From Candidatus Marinacidobacterales bacterium (GTDB lineage Bacteria; Acidobacteriota; Vicinamibacteria; Marinacidobacterales; DATDRI01), in contig OZ244742.1 in the NCBI GenBank assembly GCA_965219415.1, positions 1,952,001 to 2,016,000 of the forward strand: 64,000 nucleotides of DNA, written 5' to 3'. Made by a program: the position numbers and the translations under genes. Shown here piece by piece: positions 11,006 to 21,220 of the stretch. Every line of letters begins with the position of its first letter. Position 1 is the stretch's first letter. Under the pieces are notes generated by a model. That model did not search any database. It had not been told where the DNA came from and was given only the letters and a program-made list of their open reading frames with translations.

Positions 11006-11102
11006 GGGCCATCAAGCATACTTGCCAGCCTGCCTGGCTGCAAGGGATACCCAGCATTATACTACTTGTTATTACATATATACTAGTACTATAATTCCAA
11101 CA

Positions 11103-11843
11103 ATGAATTCGTCGGATTCTTCGGATTTCCTTGTCCGATTGGGACGGCGGCTTCGCGAGTATCGGAACGGCCGGGGACTCAGTCAGATCCGACTCGCCGA
11201 GCTGGCCCGGCTGTCACCTCGTTACGTCTCACAGCTCGAGTCGGGCCGAGGCAACATCTCCATCCTTCGCCTGTGGGAGCTAGCACGGGCTCTGGGGGTA
11301 CCGGTCGACGAGCTCGTGCGCCTCGATGAAGGCGAGAAAACCATTGCTCTCATCGGCCTGCGAGGCGCCGGAAAGTCGACCATCGGAAAGAAACTGGCTC
11401 GGGCTCTCAAGAGACCTTTCTATGAGCTCGACCGTTTGATCGAACAAGAGGCGGGCCTCCGCCTGGGCGAGATCTTCGCTTTGCACGGAGAGACTTATTA
11501 CCGACGCCTCGAGAGAGAAGTGTTATCGCGGTTCCTGTCCTCGAGCCAGCCGGCGGTTCTCACGACGGGAGGAGGATTGGTCACCGATCGGACGACCTAT
11601 GAAACTCTGAAGCGACGAGCGTTTGCCGTGTGGCTGAAGGCTAGACCAGAGGATCATCTCGATCGCGTCGTCGCGCAAGGAGATCGGCGGCCGATGGCCG
11701 GGGCCGCGGACCCCCTGGCAGAGCTTCGCGCTTTGCTTCGAGACCGTGGACCCCTCTACGCGGAGGCGGATCTTACCGTCGACACCTCCGCCTGGAGTCC
11801 CGAGGAAGTGACGCGCGCGATAGTGGAAAAAACCGTGGCTTAG
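11103..11843 (+). CDS. boxR: BzdR/BoxR family regulator (XRE HTH + shikimate-kinase-like domain)
   Basis: SPRYVSQLESGRGNISI HTH, IALIGLRGAGKST P-loop; divergent from boxC. Confidence 0.9.
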   Translation: MNSSDSSDFLVRLGRRLREYRNGRGLSQIRLAELARLSPRYVSQLESGRGNISILRLWELARALGVPVDELVRLDEGEKTIALIGLRGAGKSTIGKKLARALKRPFYELDRLIEQEAGLRLGEIFALHGETYYRRLEREVLSRFLSSSQPAVLTTGGGLVTDRTTYETLKRRAFAVWLKARPEDHLDRVVAQGDRRPMAGAADPLAELRALLRDRGPLYAEADLTVDTSAWSPEEVTRAIVEKTVA

Positions 11844-11879
11844 ACACGGGCTTACCAGTGTGCGTGCTAGGATGCGGAT

Positions 11880-13829
11880 ATGCGCTGGCTGCCTATCGCG
11901 CTCGGATCGCTATCGGCGATCGCCCTCGCAGGGGCTTCACCACAAAAAACCGAACCTACCAACCCACTCACTATCGAAGAAATCCTTCGCGTTCCCCGGA
12001 TGCACGAATTCGATCTGGCACTCGACGGCGGGCGGGTGGCGGCCGCCATTTCGATTCTCGGCTTGGAGAAGATTTGGGTCATCGCCGATCCCGAAACAGT
12101 CGGCGTGCCGGTAGCGCACGGCGAAGGCGGCGATCGCGAGCCGGATTGGTCACCGGACGGTAAGGAAATCGCCTTCGCTTCCAATCGCACCGGAAGCTGG
12201 CATGTGTTCGTGACCGCCCCCGGGGACGAGGGAGCGCGACAGATCACGAGCCGGGATGACGGCGATGACCGCAGACCCCGCTGGTCCCCCGACGGACGGC
12301 GAATCGCTTTCCTGTCTCGCGCCGCGAATAGCAGCACCGGCTGGGATGTCTGGGTAAAACCGATCTCGGGTGGTGAACCGCTTCGACTGACGCGAGATCC
12401 CCTGGATGAACAGGATCCGCGGTGGTCTCCAGACGGAAAGTGGATTGCGTTTACGTTTCGGGGTGGCCGACACGTGAATCGGCGCATCGCGGTCGTTGCC
12501 GCTGCCGGCGGCAAATTACGCGAGCTCCTACCTCAGAAGTGGAGCGGCGACAGCCACTCCGCCCGCTGGTCGCCGGATGGAAAGCGCCTGGCCTTCGTGT
12601 CTGATGAAGGTGGCTTGAAATCCATTTTCATCGTTTCCATCAACGGAGGCGAGGGAGGCGAGCCCGAGAGATTCACGAATTCCAAGCACGAGCAGACCGA
12701 ACCCGCCTGGAGTCCCGATGGAGATGTGATCGCGCACGTTTCAAATCGCGATGGAACCCAACGCCTCATGGTGACCTCGCTCGCCGATCGCAATAGCAGG
12801 ACCTTCACGCTCGGTACCGGCGTCTACCAAAGCCCTCAATGGACCTCCGACGGCGAGACTCTGGCTAGCTTGTTCTCGGGCCCGGTTTACCCCCCGGACG
12901 TGTGGCTCTTCGAGAAAAATGCCGGGCGACGGAGACTAAGCGACACCCTCCCCTCGAACCTCGACGTCCGGAAGATGGTTCGACCGGAGTTGGTGCGTTA
13001 TCCGAGCTTCGATGGCCGGACCATCACCGGCTACCTTTACTTGCCGGCCACCGCCAGCGCGGGAGAACCGGCTCCACTCGTCGCACACCCCCACGGAGGG
13101 CCGACCTCGCAGTGGTTGAACGGCTGGCATCCGTTCGTTCAACTTCTTGTGCAACATGGTTACGCGATTTTCGCACCCAACGTGCGTGGCAGCTCGGGTT
13201 TCGGCGTCGAGTTCGAGAAGCTCAACAACGGCGACTGGGGGAGAGGCGACCTCAAAGATCTCGTGGCCGGCGTGCAAGAGCTTATCCAGCGGCCCGAGAT
13301 CCGCGACGACCGCCTGGGCATCTGGGGTGTGAGCTACGGCGGTTTTCTCACCCTCGCCGCAATCGGTCAGTATCCGGACCTATTCCACTGCGCGGTGGAA
13401 GCGGTAGGAATGCCCGACCTCGAGATGCTATACCGAGAGACGAACACCGACGGCTTGACCTACTTGGAAAGAGAGCTCGGCTCTCTTCGCGGTCACCAAG
13501 ATCTCTATCGGGAGCTTTCGCCGGTCCGCCTGGTCGACGAAATGAAAACCCCTTTACTCACGTTTCACGGCGAGGATTACCAACTGGTTCCCTACTCGAC
13601 CAAGGTGGGTATGTTGAAATCCCTTTCCGAGCGGAAATATCCCCTCGAAGAGTTCGTTTTCAAGGGCGATCAGGGCTGTGGTGTGTACCGATTCGATCTC
13701 TACCCGCAGGCCAGCGGCTTTTACATGGAAAAGATACTAGAAGTCTTCCGGGAGGAACTTACTGAACGTCCGGCGGTCCCGGCGGCGGAATCGGCGGCGC
13801 TTGCCTCCAAGCCCGGAAGCGGCCGTTGA
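11880..13829 (+). CDS. S9 family peptidase-like protein with PD40/TolB beta-propeller
   Basis: signal peptide, repeated P.WSPDG motifs, HGGP, GVSYGG. Confidence 0.85.
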   Translation: MRWLPIALGSLSAIALAGASPQKTEPTNPLTIEEILRVPRMHEFDLALDGGRVAAAISILGLEKIWVIADPETVGVPVAHGEGGDREPDWSPDGKEIAFASNRTGSWHVFVTAPGDEGARQITSRDDGDDRRPRWSPDGRRIAFLSRAANSSTGWDVWVKPISGGEPLRLTRDPLDEQDPRWSPDGKWIAFTFRGGRHVNRRIAVVAAAGGKLRELLPQKWSGDSHSARWSPDGKRLAFVSDEGGLKSIFIVSINGGEGGEPERFTNSKHEQTEPAWSPDGDVIAHVSNRDGTQRLMVTSLADRNSRTFTLGTGVYQSPQWTSDGETLASLFSGPVYPPDVWLFEKNAGRRRLSDTLPSNLDVRKMVRPELVRYPSFDGRTITGYLYLPATASAGEPAPLVAHPHGGPTSQWLNGWHPFVQLLVQHGYAIFAPNVRGSSGFGVEFEKLNNGDWGRGDLKDLVAGVQELIQRPEIRDDRLGIWGVSYGGFLTLAAIGQYPDLFHCAVEAVGMPDLEMLYRETNTDGLTYLERELGSLRGHQDLYRELSPVRLVDEMKTPLLTFHGEDYQLVPYSTKVGMLKSLSERKYPLEEFVFKGDQGCGVYRFDLYPQASGFYMEKILEVFREELTERPAVPAAESAALASKPGSGR

Positions 13830-15716
13830 GGTATTGGGCCTCGTAGACCAACCAGGTTCCCTCGAGCCGGTTTCCTACCAGCTCGGCATCGAGATGAATA
13901 TTGAGTTTCTCGTCGTAAGTGACGCGGGCAACCAGGGATTCACCGATGGGGCTCACCCGCGTGAAAAGCCCCTCCAGCGATTGGGCACCGCCCTCGTTTA
14001 GAACGACCTTCCCGGCGAGAGATCCATCGGCCCCATCAGCCCCGCCAGATTGTTCGGTGATGGAAAAACTCACCGGATACCCCTGGGGCAACACGTAGCC
14101 ATGCCAATCTCCGACTAGAGATATGGGCTCGTCCTCGTCGCCGGCTTCTTACAAGGTCGATGAGAACTCGACCAGGCACCGATTCCTTGGGCAGCACGCG
14201 AAAGAAATGGCCTTCGGGAACGAAGTGGTGGGTTTCTAGAAGCCCTTCCACAATCGGATTGGGCGGATGGAGACCGACCAAGAAAAGAGGAAGGTCTTCG
14301 TCGGCGACCCATTCTTGGAGCTGGCTTTCGTCTCTCGGGGTCAACCTTTCGTAAATCACCTCGGGTCCGGCCTTCTCCACCTCGGACATGTAGCGCAACG
14401 GAGCAAGAAACAACTCTCCATGCCTTGAAACGGCCGTGATGCGGGCGCGGTCCGGAAGCGACCGGAGCGCTTCCCTCGCGAAGGCGCGGGCATCGGGGCT
14501 CTCGCGGCGATCGGGATTGAGCAGATGGGCCAGAGGATCGAACGGCACCTCGAACTCCAAGGCCAGAAAAGATCCCGCCCGCGGCTTTTGTTCCAGGCGG
14601 TCGAGCGCCCAAGGTGCGGCGTGATAGAGAAGCACCGGCGATAGACTCAACACCAGGGCAAACACGTAGTCTCGCCATCCTCCATCGGCAAGTAGCTTCC
14701 ACCAGCCGTAGCCAACCGCGATCGAGATGACCACCCAAGCCGGTACATAGGCGTTCATCGGGTCCGGCAACTTCAGGCTGATCGCCAAGGCCGAATACAC
14801 CGCGAACAATGGAAACAGGAGCCCGAAAACGTATTTCTGCCTGCGGAAGAGCTCCAGCATCCCGAGGAGCCCGATGAAGAGGGTCCACGGAGGAAAGCTG
14901 TATAGCAGGGTCACACCAAAGCGAATGGCCGATGCCTTCAGGGGCTCGTCCCACGACAGCATCGTGTTGTCGCGCCAAAAAGTGACCCAGGCCCACTGTT
15001 CCGTTGGAATCTCGAAACCGGCCCTCGCCCAGTGAGACGCGGTAACCGCCAGGGCCACACCGGAGCTCACCAGCAACACGCCCAAACCGCGGGCCCTCAC
15101 CTTTCCTATTTCCCGCACCAAAGGCGGGCGCACCACCCGTACCCAGATCGCAAAGACCGGGAGCAGAAAAACCATCATCAGGTTATTCGACAGCGACAGT
15201 CCGAGGATCCCCATCGCCAGATAGAAAAAGGGAGTCCGTCCCTCGTTAGCAAAACGCAACAGATAATAGAGGAGGGCGGCGAGCAAAAGAGCATCCAGCG
15301 CTTCCGGCCCCGGCGTCACGGCGCGTAGCCAAAACGTGTGCGCCACCGCGAGCGCGATCGCTCCCACGATACCCACTCGGCGCGCAACGAATTGCGGGGC
15401 GATCTGTAGCAAGAATTTCAAAAGAAGATAGACGTAGAGACAAGCCCCGGCCGCAAAGGCGGCGGACGCAACATTCGTCCGTCGAGGAAGCGAATCCCTC
15501 GGAATCATCAAGAAGGGCTGCGAGACCAGCACGTACAGGGGACGATCCCAGGGACCCTCTCCGATCTCTGCCAAGGCGACGCGACGCTGGTAGCTTGCCC
15601 CTTCGCCCCAAGCGATGTCCGGAGGACCGGTAAAAACGTAAAAGGCGAAGCAGCCGACGAAGACCGCTAGGGCCACGCCGGTATTGACCCAGACCGCGAT
15701 ACCAGTTCGGTCTCAT
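13759..15716 (-). CDS. DUF2723/TMEM260-like membrane protein (GT-C fold candidate), frameshifted
   Basis: main ORF 14036..15676 has many TMs; continues in the 13759..14094 frame; likely ATG at 15716 is out of frame. Confidence 0.55.
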
Positions 15717-15788
15717 AGCGGGGCCTTTTATAACACGCTTAGCTTAATTCGGGGAGAGCCGAGGGGGATCGCGGTAAAATGCGCGGCG

Positions 15789-16541
15789 GTGGATAAAGAC
15801 CAATATCAAAGACTCTTCGAGCTGGAGGACCGATTGTGGTGGTTCGTCGGCATGAGGAAATTGAGTTTCGCACTCATCGACCGATTCGTGCGTGCGTCCC
15901 CACCCCTTTTCATCCTCGATGCCGGCTGCGGAACGGGAGGCATGATCCCGCATCTTCAATCGTACGGCTCGGTGGTGGGGGCCGATCTTTCCGGCGAAGC
16001 CCTCGCTTTCGCCCGGCGACGGCAAGAGGGGCACCTCGTCAAGAGCTCCCTTCCAAACCTTCCTTTCAGCTCTGGTGCTTTCGATCTCGTCACGTCCTTC
16101 GACGTCATCTATCACCAAGCGGTTGCCGACGACGAGGTCGCGCTTCGCGAAATGGCGAGGGTCCTCCGGCCGGGCGGTACCTTATTAATGAGGGTACCGG
16201 CTCACGACCGTCTGAGGAGCCGCCACGACATCGCGGTCCACACCCGCCACCGATACGGGAAACGTGAGCTCGAGGACAAGCTCGAACGTGCGGGCCTGGA
16301 GCCGGTCTACTTGTCCTACGTGAACTGCTTTCTCTTCCCCGTCGCCGTCGTCTCGAGACTCGCAGATAAGATCTTGCCGGGAGACCAGGACGCTTCCCAG
16401 CTGAGGGATGTACCTGCCTTACTCAACCGGGTGCTGACGGCGGTTCTCGGGCTCGAAGCCTCTGTCATCCGCCGCAGGCGGCCCGGGAGGCTTCCTTTCG
16501 GATTGTCCTTGGTTGCGGTGGCAGGCCGTAAGGGCGAGTGA
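15789..16541 (+). CDS. class I SAM-dependent methyltransferase
   Basis: LWWF, ILDAGCGTG, LPFSSGAFDLV, RVLRPGG. Confidence 0.9.
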   Translation: MDKDQYQRLFELEDRLWWFVGMRKLSFALIDRFVRASPPLFILDAGCGTGGMIPHLQSYGSVVGADLSGEALAFARRRQEGHLVKSSLPNLPFSSGAFDLVTSFDVIYHQAVADDEVALREMARVLRPGGTLLMRVPAHDRLRSRHDIAVHTRHRYGKRELEDKLERAGLEPVYLSYVNCFLFPVAVVSRLADKILPGDQDASQLRDVPALLNRVLTAVLGLEASVIRRRRPGRLPFGLSLVAVAGRKGE

Positions 16542-16563
16542 AGACTGAAGAGTGAAGAGTGAG

Positions 16564-18431
16564 CTAGCGATGCGCGGCGAACGCGCTCTCGCCGACGGAG
16601 CCGGCTTCCATCGCGACACGGGCACCCGAGACACCGGGGCGATTGACGTGCACGCGGAGCACCAGATCCATTTCGGTAGCCCCGAGATAGAGAGAGCCCG
16701 AGGGATCGAAGGATAGAAAGTCCAAACTCTCGGGCATCAGCTCATCCGGAAGGCTCACCGAGCGTGATCGCGGCGCCTCATCACGCTGCCGCCACCAATC
16801 GGAAAGGCGAAATAACTCCAGCGGCATCTGCGACGGATCGCCCGACCACTGCGGCGAGACCTCCACGATGACCACGTCCCCCAAGCCTCCTCGAACCAAA
16901 GCGTAGAGAGAACTTCCTTTAGGATCCCAGGCCAGAGATAGACCTTGCCCCGGCAGCGGACCTATACGGGCCGCCACGCCCGCGGAGGCGGTTTCGTCAA
17001 AGGGTAGCTTCCACAGAGTTCCGCCGCCGTACTCATCCATCAAGAAGTAGATGTTTTGGTCTCGCCCGAGGATCATGCGGCCCGAACTGCCTGGGAGGGT
17101 GGCCACTTCTTCTGGATGCCCCTTCGGGTCACCGTTCGAATCGAAGCGGTACCGAAGGATAGCCCCATACTCGCGACGAGATAAGTATAGAGAGCCATCT
17201 GGGCCAAACGTCATACCACCGATCGGATCGAGTATCTCGGTGTTCGTTAATGTCAGCTGGCGAGCCTGCGGCGAAAGCCCACCGCCATTTTCGGGCAGCA
17301 CGCGCACCAAGTGACCGGGCCCGGCCCCGAGAACGCGGCAACGAAGATGGAGCCCGCGAGGGGCCCGTTTTCCGGCCCGAGACACATTGCAATCGGCCCG
17401 CGAACACCGGGAAGAAGAACGACGCTTCCCCTCGCGTCGCCACCGCCTTGCCCCTCCATGGGAAATACCTGAAGCGACGCCGCGTCTTGGTCATTGGACA
17501 AGACCACGCGCTCGCCGGTCCGACTGCGGCCAACGAAGTCTGTGGGATTGGCGATCGGATGGACGATATGTGTGAGTCGTAGTCGCGGCAGACGCCCCGT
17601 CTCTAAACCCAAAACCACCGAGTGACGGCCAAGTGCGATGGCTGTCGTGAGTGACGAGGTCGACGTTTCAGCCTCGGCTGAAGGCAACGCGAGATGGACG
17701 CGAACCAGAGCTACACGCTCGCCGGCACCTACGCGAGCAGGCGCGATGTTCTCACCGCGCCCATCGAGGTAATCGAATTTCAATTCACGCACCCCGCGAG
17801 CCAACATGCGCGGCGTACCGCCGGAGACTTCCTTGACTAAGACGCTCCCTGCTTCACTGGGCCGGGGCTCGAGACGAAACCGAACCTCGCGAAGTTTCAA
17901 AACCCTCGCTCGCCGATAGGGCGAGTAAGTTTCGAGCAACTCACCGTCAGTGGAGTCGAGGGAGCGAAAAGCCAGAGCCTCGCGGGTGGCGATGACGACT
18001 TCGGCGCTCTCCGAGTTGCCGCCTCGGTCGATGAGAAGCACCCAGTCACCGACCTTAAAAAAATCGGCCCCGTCAACACGTACTTCCGCGTCGCTCGAAA
18101 CGAGATCCTCCAGCAACACGCCGACCAATCCCTCTGGATTGGACCGGAGTGTAATGACATCCGAAGTGGCGGTAGGATCCTCGGCGAGAAAAGGTAAGAC
18201 CTCGGTCACGCCCTCCATGCCATACCCAGCCCTCCCGATTTCGCGTACGATTTCATCGAAGGCCCAGGTCGCCGTTGCCGCTTCGGCGTCGTTGCGAACA
18301 TCTATCCCGTTTAGAGACTCGACCATGCGGCTGCTGTGTAGGAAGAAGCCCACAACGACGAGTGTGATCGAAAGACTAATTGTCGCCTCGATGAGGCTGT
18401 ACCCGTTAGTTACTCGCCTGCGTGTCAACAT
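16564..18431 (-). CDS. PilW-like prepilin-type protein with C-terminal beta-propeller-like region, frameshifted near 17330
   Basis: G|YSLIE type III signal, EIGRAGYG; 16564..17385 frame has GMTFGPDGSLY and FDPSGSLYL repeats. Confidence 0.6.
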
Positions 18432-18544
18432 GGGGCGGGCATTTTACTTCAATGTTGACCCCCTGATGCAAGTCCGGCATCAGCGACAACGGTCCGAGCG
18501 TGGTCGCTCCCGCGGGCGGGTTCGACCAGTCTCTTCGCGGTCGG

Positions 18545-18860
18545 ATTCGATGCCACATGGGAGATCGATGTCTTCGGGGGCATCAGGCGCGACATCCAAT
18601 CGGCCGCCGCTGACGTCGGCGCCTCGGTCGAGAACTACCGTGACGTCCTGGTGACACTCCTCGCCGAAGTGGCACTCAGCTACGTGGACGCAAGAACGTT
18701 CCACCAGCGCATCGTCTACGCGCGCGGCAACGCGGAGACCCAAGAACGGGCGCTGCGGCTCGTTCGCGCCCGCTATGAGACCGGGATCAGTCCGGCCTTG
18801 GATGTCGCCCAGGCGGAGTACAACTTGGCCGTTACTGAGGCGTCCATACCTCTCCTCGAG
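18545..18860 (+). pseudogene. internal fragment of a NodT/OprM outer-membrane efflux lipoprotein
   Basis: frame reads FDATWEIDVFGGIRR...LLAEVALSY...LDVAQAE; N- and C-termini absent. Confidence 0.7.
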
Positions 18861-19316
18861 ATGGCGGCTCGCTGGTTCGCGTCCCATGTCGTCGACTCCC
18901 TGGTCGCCGACGTCGCGGCCTACGCGATGCTGGCCTGTTTCTTCGTCTATGTGACGACTCGAATCCTACGCTACGTGCTGACCGAGCGGCGGGTTACGTT
19001 CGAGACCGTATCGGCAGCGCTTTGTGCCTATCTCTTCCTGGGCTTCATCTGGGCAACGATCTATGCGATCCTCGAGAGCGTCCAACCCGGCAGTTTGAAC
19101 CTGACCCCGGCGGAGACGGTGTCTCTTTTTCCCTCATCCATCTACTACAGCTTCGTCACCCTGATGACCCTCGGCTATGGAGACGTGACGCCGCGAACGA
19201 TGCCCGCCCAGTATTTATCGTTCGTGGAGGCCGTTCTCGGCCAGCTCTACCTCGCCGTCCTGGTGGTCCGGCTGGTCGGACTGCACATCGCCCGCTCCAT
19301 GAACGAGAAGTGTTGA
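18861..19316 (+). CDS. two-TM potassium channel family protein (Ion_trans_2), probably 5'-truncated
   Basis: YYSFVTLMTLGYGDVTP filter, EAVLGQLYLAVLVVRLVG. Confidence 0.8.
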   Translation: MAARWFASHVVDSLVADVAAYAMLACFFVYVTTRILRYVLTERRVTFETVSAALCAYLFLGFIWATIYAILESVQPGSLNLTPAETVSLFPSSIYYSFVTLMTLGYGDVTPRTMPAQYLSFVEAVLGQLYLAVLVVRLVGLHIARSMNEKC

Positions 19317-19368
19317 CATGCACCGGCGAGAATGGAAGCCAGAAGCGGCGTCCACTCGGGACAAATCC

Positions 19369-19803
19369 TCAGGAGAAAGGGTTCTCGACTCGAATGAAGT
19401 CGAACTTCTTGAAATCGGGATCGTTCGTATAGATCGTGCCGACTCCGTGCTGTCGGAGGAGGCCCGCGAGGTGCGCGTCGGGAACCAAGTTACCTCGTAC
19501 CGGAAAGTGACTAGTGATCTCCCGATAGATTTCCAGGAAACCGTCTTCTTCCGAAATAAAGCGGACCTGCGGCAGGCTGGCCAGCATCTGCACGTTCTCC
19601 ATGGCTTCCTTGGGAGACAGGGGATTCGTGAAGATCCTCGGATGAGTTGCGATACGGAGATAGGACATCAAAGTCATGAAGGCGAGGCATAAGATATCTC
19701 CATCGGAGAAGCACTCCCTCAGAAAGTCCGACGCCGTTTCGTGAAACGGGCTCGACCGGTCGGAGGCGTAGAGAAGGACGTTTACATCGACCGAGTAGCT
19801 CAA
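19369..19803 (-). CDS. vapC: VapC/PIN toxin
   Basis: VDVNVLLYA, GNLVPDAHLA, TNDPDF. Confidence 0.9.
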   Translation of the reverse strand: MSYSVDVNVLLYASDRSSPFHETASDFLRECFSDGDILCLAFMTLMSYLRIATHPRIFTNPLSPKEAMENVQMLASLPQVRFISEEDGFLEIYREITSHFPVRGNLVPDAHLAGLLRQHGVGTIYTNDPDFKKFDFIRVENPFS

Positions 19804-20066
19804 GACTCGCCCGAACGTGATGGCGTTTCCCCGCCGCCGTCAAGCACTGCGTAAAGCGCGTCCTTGTCAGCAATGTCGATGAGCGGTTTCATCGCCCCAG
19901 AGTTCCACTTGAAGGAGGGTAGCTTCCGTTTGCCCTGGCGCCTCCGGCTCAGGGATTCACTCAGGAGCTCGGTCACGAGCCTTCCGAGGGATTTGCCCTC
20001 TTTCTTCTGGAGGAGCTTCAGTTCCTTCAGAATCGGCTTCTCGATATCGACGGTCGTACGCGGCAT
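19800..20066 (-). CDS. VapB-type (RHH) antitoxin
   Basis: MPRTTVDIE..SLGRLVTELL, DIADKDAL; 4-bp overlap with the toxin. Confidence 0.85.
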   Translation of the reverse strand: MPRTTVDIEKPILKELKLLQKKEGKSLGRLVTELLSESLSRRRQGKRKLPSFKWNSGAMKPLIDIADKDALYAVLDGGGETPSRSGES

Positions 20067-20069
20067 GAT

Positions 20070-20104
20070 CATCTGATGATACTTATCTATGCATCAGATG
20101 TCAA
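20070..20104 (-). promoter_or_regulatory. TA promoter with overlapping inverted-repeat operator
   Basis: minus-strand TTGACA-17-TATCAT; CATCTGATG (20070-78) and CATCAGATG (20092-100) inverted repeat. Confidence 0.7.
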
Positions 20105-20220
20105 ACTTCCGTCCGGCGCTGGCGGAGAACGACCTGGCATGCTGGCTGGCTGCGGATCCAACGGTACGGTAGCGAGACTTCGTGGCAGTCTGAGTACATT
20201 GCTCTTGTCCTGTGATAGAT

Positions 20221-20250
20221 TTGACACGATGATATTGATCTTGCTAGGAT
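20221..20250 (+). promoter_or_regulatory. putative promoter of the second TA module
   Basis: TTGACA-18-TAGGAT, 6 bp before the ATG (near-leaderless). Confidence 0.5.
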
Positions 20251-20256
20251 GAGGTT

Positions 20257-20553
20257 ATGAAGTCACGAGTGGCTGAGCCTGAGCTCGTCGATGTAGCGGA
20301 AGCGGGTCGTACTCTAGGGGTTTCGGTGGCGACAGTTTGGAGAATGATTCGAAGCGGCAGACTTACTAGCGTCCGGAAACAAGGCCGTCGGCTCATTCCC
20401 CGGGTGGCTCTACAGGCCCGGGTCCTTGAGCGACAAGCGGAGCAAGTTCCACCTTTTCGGAGAGACCATCCGATATTCCGTCTCGCCGGAGCCGGTCGAA
20501 GTGGCGGCGAGGCACCAGGAGCTAGGGATAAACACGCGATACTCGACCGATGA
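20257..20553 (+). CDS. HTH_17/excisionase-like putative antitoxin
   Basis: VAEAGRTLGVSVATVWRMIRSGRL; tail ARDKHAIL; overlaps the PIN gene. Confidence 0.75.
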   Translation: MKSRVAEPELVDVAEAGRTLGVSVATVWRMIRSGRLTSVRKQGRRLIPRVALQARVLERQAEQVPPFRRDHPIFRLAGAGRSGGEAPGARDKHAILDR

Positions 20554-20960
20554 GACGGGCGGTACTTTGGGACTCGAGTGCGATCCTCGCCTTGCTCGAT
20601 GCGGATGACGCAGACCATAAGCGCTCGGTTTCGGTAGCTGAGCGGATAGCGGAAGAAGAACAGCCCAGTTTCATTACCAACTACGTTGAAGTGGAGACGC
20701 ACGCACTTCTATTGCGCAAGCTCGGTCGGGCCTTGGCGCGAGAGTGGCTCTTGAGCGGCGGCCTGCCGGTCGTCCGGGTTCTTCCCAAAGAGGAAGAGCT
20801 CGCCAAAGAGCTACTAGCGCGATACCAGGACAAAGACTGGAGTCTATGCGATGCGATGTCGTTCGCCGTTCTGGAAAGGCGCGGAGTCGGTTTCGCCTTC
20901 AGTTTCGATAGTCACTTTCGCCAATATGGCCGTTTCGAGCTATTTGGCCTTACCAGGTAG
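20550..20960 (+). CDS. vapC: VapC/PIN toxin
   Basis: WDSSAILAL, WSLCDAMSF, AFSFDSHF. Confidence 0.9.
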   Translation: MRRAVLWDSSAILALLDADDADHKRSVSVAERIAEEEQPSFITNYVEVETHALLLRKLGRALAREWLLSGGLPVVRVLPKEEELAKELLARYQDKDWSLCDAMSFAVLERRGVGFAFSFDSHFRQYGRFELFGLTR

Positions 20961-21130
20961 TCGGGCTGTGCGACGAACGGTTGTGAAGGATGGGGAGTTT
21001 CAAGTGCGTCAATCAATCGGCTCGTGAGCGTGTTGTACTCCCGATGTGTCTTCTTGGCCCCTAGGTCGTCGAGCCGCGTCCGGCCCCTTTGGGCCGCACG
21101 GCGTGAGACGACGCTGCGCCCACCCCGTTA

Positions 21131-21219
21131 AGCTGTTCTTGGCCAGCTTTACCTTGCTGTCTGGTGGCCCGGCTGGTCGGATTGCACATCTCGCCCGATC
21201 GTTGCAGGACGAGCCCTGA
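21131..21219 (+). repeat. diverged direct copy of the K+ channel gene 3' end (other copy about 19229-19316)
   Basis: gctgttcttggccagctttaccttgctgt..ggctggtcggattgcacatc vs gccgttctcggccagctctacctcgccgt..ggctggtcggactgcacatc. Confidence 0.8.
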
Positions 21220-21220
21220 C

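Noticed and set aside
12140-12860. Recurring TGGTCNCCNGAYGG nucleotide motif
   Set aside because: Explained by WSPDG (PD40) protein repeats
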